The notes under the pieces were generated by a model that saw nothing but the letters and a program-made list of their open reading frames with translations, was not told where the DNA came from and ran no database searches. A program made the position numbers and the translations under genes. 64,000 nucleotides of DNA from the human T2T-CHM13v2.0 reference genome, Homo sapiens, in the NCBI RefSeq assembly GCF_009914755.1, contig NC_060941.1; one strand, given 5' to 3'. Below are positions 1 to 64,000 of the stretch, in pieces; the first letter of the stretch is position 1, and each line of letters opens with the position of its first letter.

Positions 1-506
1 TATCAGTCCTGCAATAAAATAAATATCTGTGAGTTTATACTGACATAAATAAACAAATTTTAAAGTGGAAGAGAAGGGACAGCTCTTCTTTACTGTTGAA
101 TGTTAATTAATAACTGTATAAGAAAAAGGAAAATAGAAAATCACTGTGAATCAAATGCCACAGTAATAATTGTTGCAGTTAAGAATCATCAATGGATGAT
201 AAAATTAGTGGGTGAAATTATGAAACCATTATGATATTTGCATAAAATTAAAGTATCCTCCCATTAAATATGTATTGATTACAAAGAGAAAAATGGTAGC
301 TTTTTTTTTGTATTTTTTTACTTTTTATTATCCATCTGCTAAGGCCCTGTCATTCACAGAAATGGTAGCTTTATAGTGAATAAACCTGGCAGACACCACC
401 TTAACAATGTGATCAAAGTAATAAGCCATATCAACATCATATACTCCTTGATATGATGTACTGAGAAGGCACAACATCATTTTTGTGGTATTATTGTCCA
501 AAATGA

Positions 507-1175
<669 letters not shown>

Positions 1176-1619
1176 TAGACTTTTCAAAAGTGTCAAAGTG
1201 ATGAATGAGAAAGACTGAGAAAATGTCACAGATTGAGGCCAACTAAGGAGACATGATGACTAAATACAATGGATTAGATCCTGGACCAGAAAAAGAACAT
1301 TAATGGGAAAAAAAATGGTAAAATTCAAATTCTGTAGCTAGATGAATTGATAGTATTATATCGATGTTAATTTCCTGTGTTTGATAATTATGATGTAGAA
1401 ATGTAAGATGTGAACGTTAGGGGAAGCTGGGTGAAGGACATAAGAAAACTCTCTTTAGTATTTTGTAACTCTTCTGTAAGTATTAATGATTTCAAAATAA
1501 AAAGTTAGGGAAAAAAATCCAGGAGGAGAAGAAAGAGAAACAAGAATATAAAGGATGGCAGACTTCTCACCAGAGATGATGGAGACAGCAAACAGCAGAC
1601 CATCTTTAATGTACTTGAA

Positions 1620-2238
1620 GAGACAAGTCTCAATCAATTTAGAAGTTTATTTGGCCAAGGTTAAGCACATGCCCATGACATAGCCTCAGGAAGTCCTGAA
1701 GACACGTGCCCAAGGTGGTCAGGCTACAGCTCAGTTTTATACATTTTAGGGAGACAAAAGACATCAATCAATACATGTACATTGAACATTGGTTCAGTCC
1801 AGAAAGGCAGGACATCTGACACAGGGACTTCCAGGTTAGAGACGGATTCAAAGATTTTTTCATTGGCAATTGGTTGTAAGTGTTATTATCTAAAGACCTA
1901 GAACCAACAGAAAGGAATGTCTGAGTTAGGATAAAGGGTTGTGGAGACCAAACTTTTATCATGCAGATGAAGCCAGAGGCTTCAGACAGAATAGACTGTT
2001 AATGTTTCTTATCAGACTTAGAGAGTCTATTCTATCAGCCTTAAGGTCTTTGTGTTGATGCTAATGCTGGTCAGCTGTGAGGCATATTCAACCACCACCC
2101 CCCCTCCACCTTCCCCAAACCTGCTTCACATCATGGTCTGAACTAGTTTTTCAGATTAACTTTGGAATGCCCTTGGCTGAGAGGAAGGGTTAGTTCAGAC
2201 AGTTGTGGGGGGGCTTATAATGTTATTTTTAGTTTACA
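1620..2238 (-). mobile_element. MER4-family ERV1 LTR
   Basis: Reverse strand begins TGTAAACTAAAAATAACATTATAAGCCCCCCC...GCCAAGGGCATTCCAAAGTTAATCTGAAAAACTAGTTCAG, resembling the MER4B-type consensus. Confidence 0.75.
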
Positions 2239-2326
2239 GGTTCTTACAATTTACATAGAATTGTTCAATATTAATTCAACATAGGCTACTGTATGATAAG
2301 TTAAGGAGGAATATTGTAATACCTAG

Positions 2327-2331
<5 letters not shown>

Positions 2332-2366
<35 letters not shown>
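2332..2366. repeat. (CA)n microsatellite ~1.9 kb upstream of the ATG
   Basis: About 17 CA units. Confidence 0.95.
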
Positions 2367-2368
<2 letters not shown>

Positions 2369-3899
2369 CAAACGAGGTGTAGCTAGGAAGCCAGTAGAGA
2401 AAAAAAAATTATCCCAAAAGAAAGCAGAAAAAGAGAAACAGAGAAACCAGCCAAAAAGATAGAACGAATAACAAGATAGTAAATGTAAACACAACCATCA
2501 ATTACTATACTAAATGTGAATGGACTAGCTCCTTTGCCTTCCCTGGGGCTGGGAGTGCAGGATGGACTCACTTGCACAATTATGTCATGTTTGCTAGGGC
2601 TTGGGCTAGGGTTGTGGACTTAGCATACTTGCTGAGGCCAGTGCCCACCCCAAGTGGTTGCTGACAGCAGGGATAGGCTAAGGAGACACCTAAGTGGCTG
2701 GAGATTGGTTTTATATATATGGGAATGGAGCAGATAACTAAATACTTAGGCAGAGATGTAACCAGGCCATGTGACCTGAACTTTGCTCCAGGGCATTGAC
2801 ACTGCTGTTAAAATGCTTCTGGCCTAGAGGCCCTCTGCAGCCAGGGGAGGTAGATGGAGCTTCAGCCTGAAAACCCAGGTCAGAGGGCCCAAGTACCCTT
2901 TGCAGAGCTGGCTTTTCCCCTTGCAAATTGCTAGTGACGCTTCAGCTGATGTGTGTTACTATTAAGGTCCTAGTGTTTGGGAGGGTGGGGCAGGAGGTGG
3001 AGGATTGTCAGAAAAAAATTACATGGAAAAAGATGGCATCTGAGATGTTTTGAAAGATAAGTGGAATTTTCCAAGTGGAAAAAGGAAGGAAAATCAGTCA
3101 GATAGGAAGGCATGGAGCATTGGGGAATGACAAGTATCTTCTTGGACTAGGGTGGGAGATGGGCTGGAGAGATGGGTCAGGGCCAGTTGTCTGGCATCTT
3201 GTGTGTCTCAGAAGAGGGTGGGCACGCTGCGTAGGGAAGCCCAGGGCCACTCTGAAAGCCCTAAAGGGGAACTGATGCCTCTGGCCTTGTTTTTATCACC
3301 ATCAGGACTACCCATTGAGGCAGGCTGCACTACCAGCTACTTCCTGGTGCCCTCTTGCTCATAGCCATAGTATTTTGCCTCTCTGAGCTTCCAGAGGTTT
3401 TAAGTCTGGGGAAGACCCAGGGACTCAAAGAAAGATTGGGGTGGGAGATAAGGGGCCACAGTTTGGGGGAGTCAGGCAGGAGGCCTTTGAGGAAAATAGA
3501 TAAAGTCCCAAAGCCTGTGAGTGTGAATTTGGAGGCAATATGCTGTGTTCTGAAACGTTTTCAGACACTGGCTAGGTGCAAGCAAGTGTTTGTAGGGCGA
3601 GGCTCTTCATGGACCTATCACTGCTTACGCAAGCTTGGGATGTGGTCTTGCCCTCAACAGGTAGGTAGTCTACCGGAAAACCAAACTAAGGCAAGAAAAA
3701 AATTAGTGAATAATAAAGGACTGAACCGGTTCAGAGAAGGCATTCAGCAGATGTTTGCCAGTCAAATGAATTAAAGTGTGAATGAATGAAACTCGAGGTA
3801 GTGGGTGAATGTGTCCCAAGAATCCAGCGAAACAGGGTCTCCCAGGAGGCGGGACTGGAAGGGTCCGGAGAGGGGCCACAGGCTCCTGGCCTTTCTAAG

Positions 3900-60586
<56,687 letters not shown>

Positions 60587-62841
60587 TGATAAGCAGTCAT
60601 CCTCAGATCATTATCAGCCTGTGCCACGATTGCAGGAGTCCCTGCCATCATGTTTACAGAGGACAGTATTTGTGGGGAGGGATTTGGGGCTCAGAGTGGG
60701 GTAGGTTGGGAGAATGTCAGTATGTGGAAGTGTGGGTCTGTGTGTGTGTATGTGGGGGTCTGTGTGTTTATGTGTGTGTGTTGTGTGTGGGAGTGTGTAA
60801 TTTAAAATTGTGATGTGTCCTGATAAGCTGAGCTCCTTAGCCTTTGTCCCAGAATGCCTCCTGCAGGGATTCTTCCTGCTTAGCTTGAGGGTGACTATGG
60901 AGCTGAGCAGGTGTTCTTCATTACCTCAGTGAGAAGCCAGCTTTCCTCATCAGGCCATTGTCCCTGAAGAGAAGGGCAGGGCTGAGGCCTCTCATTCCAG
61001 AGGAAGGGACACCAAGCCTTGGCTCTACCCTGAGTTCATAAATTTATGGTTCTCAGGCCTGACTCTCAGCAGCTATGGTAGGAACTGCTGGGCTTGGCAG
61101 CCCGGGTCATCTGTACCTCTGCCTCCTTTCCCCTCCCTCAGGCCGAAGGAGGAGTCAGGGAGAGCTGAACTATTAGAGCTGCCTGTGCCTTTTGCCATCC
61201 CCTCAACCCAGCTATGGTTCTCTCGCAAGGGAAGTCCTTGCAAGCTAATTCTTTGACCTGTTGGGAGTGAGGATGTCTGGGCCACTCAGGGGTCATTCAT
61301 GGCCTGGGGGATGTACCAGCATCTCCCAGTTCATAATCACAACCCTTCAGATTTGCCTTATTGGCAGCTCTACTCTGGAGGTTTGTTTAGAAGAAGTGTG
61401 TCACCCTTAGGCCAGCACCATCTCTTTACCTCCTAATTCCACACCCTCACTGCTGTAGACATTTGCTATGAGCTGGGGATGTCTCTCATGACCAAATGCT
61501 TTTCCTCAAAGGGAGAGAGTGCTATTGTAGAGCCAGAGGTCTGGCCCTATGCTTCCGGCCTCCTGTCCCTCATCCATAGCACCTCCACATACCTGGCCCT
61601 GAGCCTTGGTGTGCTGTATCCATCCATGGGGCTGATTGTATTTACCTTCTACCTCTTGGCTGCCTTGTGAAGGAATTATTCCCATGAGTTGGCTGGGAAT
61701 AAGTGCCAGGATGGAATGATGGGTCAGTTGTATCAGCACGTGTGGCCTGTTCTTCTATGGGTTGGACAACCTCATTTTAACTCAGTCTTTAATCTGAGAG
61801 GCCACAGTGCAATTTTATTTTATTTTTCTCATGATGAGGTTTTCTTAACTTAAAAGAACATGTATATAAACATGCTTGCATTATATTTGTAAATTTATGT
61901 GATGGCAAAGAAGGAGAGCATAGGAAACCACACAGACTTGGGCAGGGTACAGACACTCCCACTTGGCATCATTCACAGCAAGTCACTGGCCAGTGGCTGG
62001 ATCTGTGAGGGGCTCTCTCATGATAGAAGGCTATGGGGATAGATGTGTGGACACATTGGACCTTTCCTGAGGAAGAGGGACTGTTCTTTTGTCCCAGAAA
62101 AGCAGTGGCTCCATTGGTGTTGACATACATCCAACATTAAAAGCCACCCCCAAATGCCCAAGAAAAAAAGAAAGACTTATCAACATTTGTTCCATGAGCA
62201 GAAAACTGGAGCTCTGGCCTCAGTGTTACAGCTAAATAATCTTTAATTAAGGCAAGTCACTTTCTTCTTCTTAAAGCTGTTTTCTAGTTTGAGAAATGAT
62301 GGGATTTTAGCAGCCAGTCTTGAAGGTCTCTTTCAGTATCAACATTCTAAGATGCTGGGACTTACTGTGTCATCAAATGTGCGGTTAAGATTCTCTGGGA
62401 TATTGATACTGTTTGTGTTTTTAGTTGGGAGATCTGAGAGACCTGGCTTTGGCAAGAGCAGATGTCATTCCATATCACCTTTCTCAATGAAAGTCTCATT
62501 CTATCCTCTCTCCAAACCCGTTTTCCAACATTTGTTAATAGTTACGTCTCTCCTGATGTAGCACTTAAGCTTCATTTAGTTATTATTTCTTTCTTCACTT
62601 TGCACACATTTGCATCCACATATTAGGGAAGAGGAATCCATAAGTAGCTGAAATATCTATTCTGTATTATTGTGTTAACATTGAGAATAAGCCTTGGAAT
62701 TAGATATGGGGCAATGACTGAGCCCTGTCTCACCCATGGATTACTCCTTACTGTAGGGAATGGCAGTATGGTAGAGGGATAAATAGGGGGCGGGGAGGGA
62801 TAGTCATGGATCCAAGAAGTCCTTAGAAATAGTGGCAGGGA

Positions 62842-62939
62842 ACAGGTGTGGAAGCTCATGCCTGTAATTATAACCTTCAGCTACTAAGACAGGTGTGGTG
62901 GCTCACGCCTGTGATTATAATCTTCAGTTACTAAGACAG
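62842..62939 (+). repeat. 47-bp tandem duplication with Alu-head sequence in the 3' UTR
   Basis: Units 62842-62888 and 62889-62935 are 41/47 identical, followed by ACAG. Confidence 0.9.
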
Positions 62940-63337
62940 AGTCCATGAGAGTGTTAATGGGACATTTTCTTTAGATAAGATGTTTTATATGAAGAAACTG
63001 TATCAAAGGGGGAAGAAAATGTATTTAACAGGTGAATCAAATCAGGAATCTTGTCTGAGCTACTGGAATGAAGTTCACAGGTCTTGAAGACCAATATTAT
63101 TTGTCAATATGTGGGGATAACCTGTAGCTGCATTCATGAGGTAGCAAATAGCAGTTTTGGCCTGTGGGGTGAACAGCTAAACAGTGTTCTGGCATCAGAT
63201 AACACGGCACAAAGGGATTGTGTCTAGCTCTTTTGGAGAAAATTTATGTCCAGTCTCAGGATCTGTGGACAATAACGGAAAACTTTGAATATTCCTGACA
63301 AGTTGCCATATTAGGAGTCAGTTCTTTACTTCTCTGA

Positions 63338-64000
<663 letters not shown>

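Noticed and set aside
62221-62233. CAGTGTTACAGCT, identical to the first 13 nt of U7 snRNA
   Set aside because: No Sm site or hairpin follows. Noticed post hoc and more simply read as a miR-141/200a seed site or chance.
62842-62939. Repeat units considered as a CRISPR-like array
   Set aside because: Only two adjacent units, no spacers, Alu-derived, eukaryotic context.

Overview
This is human genomic DNA containing the complete coding region of ITGB3 (integrin beta-3, GPIIIa, CD61) on the + strand. I mapped all 15 coding exons by GT-AG boundaries and frame continuity. The ATG is at 4216 and the stop TAA at 60584-60586. The exons sum to 2367 nt (788 aa) and match the canonical beta-3A sequence as I recall it, with the common platelet-antigen alleles (HPA-1a Leu33, HPA-4a Arg143 and others). 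The gene has a TATA-less CpG-island promoter (~3900-5100), a 20.5-kb intron 1 and a long 3' UTR. The rest is typical primate repeat content: about 35 Alus, a full-length THE1 (MaLR) provirus, several solo LTRs, MER DNA transposons, L1/L2/MIR remnants, microsatellites and a U7 snRNA pseudogene. I found no prokaryotic-type system and no second protein-coding gene; nearly all other ORF-track entries are Alu or GC-content artefacts. The points most worth a second look: (1) five short (30-120 bp) local duplications, each copying sequence at an Alu junction, one of which put an Alu-head chimera plus a 47-bp tandem repeat into the 3' UTR; (2) a reconstituted 5' splice site at the start of exon 10 (re-splicing motif); (3) intron read-through isoforms (beta-3B and truncated soluble forms); (4) a HOX-type element at an LTR end and asymmetric DUX4 sites in the THE1 LTRs. 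Repeat boundaries are read by eye and may be off by a few to tens of bases. Subfamily names are from memory of consensus sequences, not from a search.
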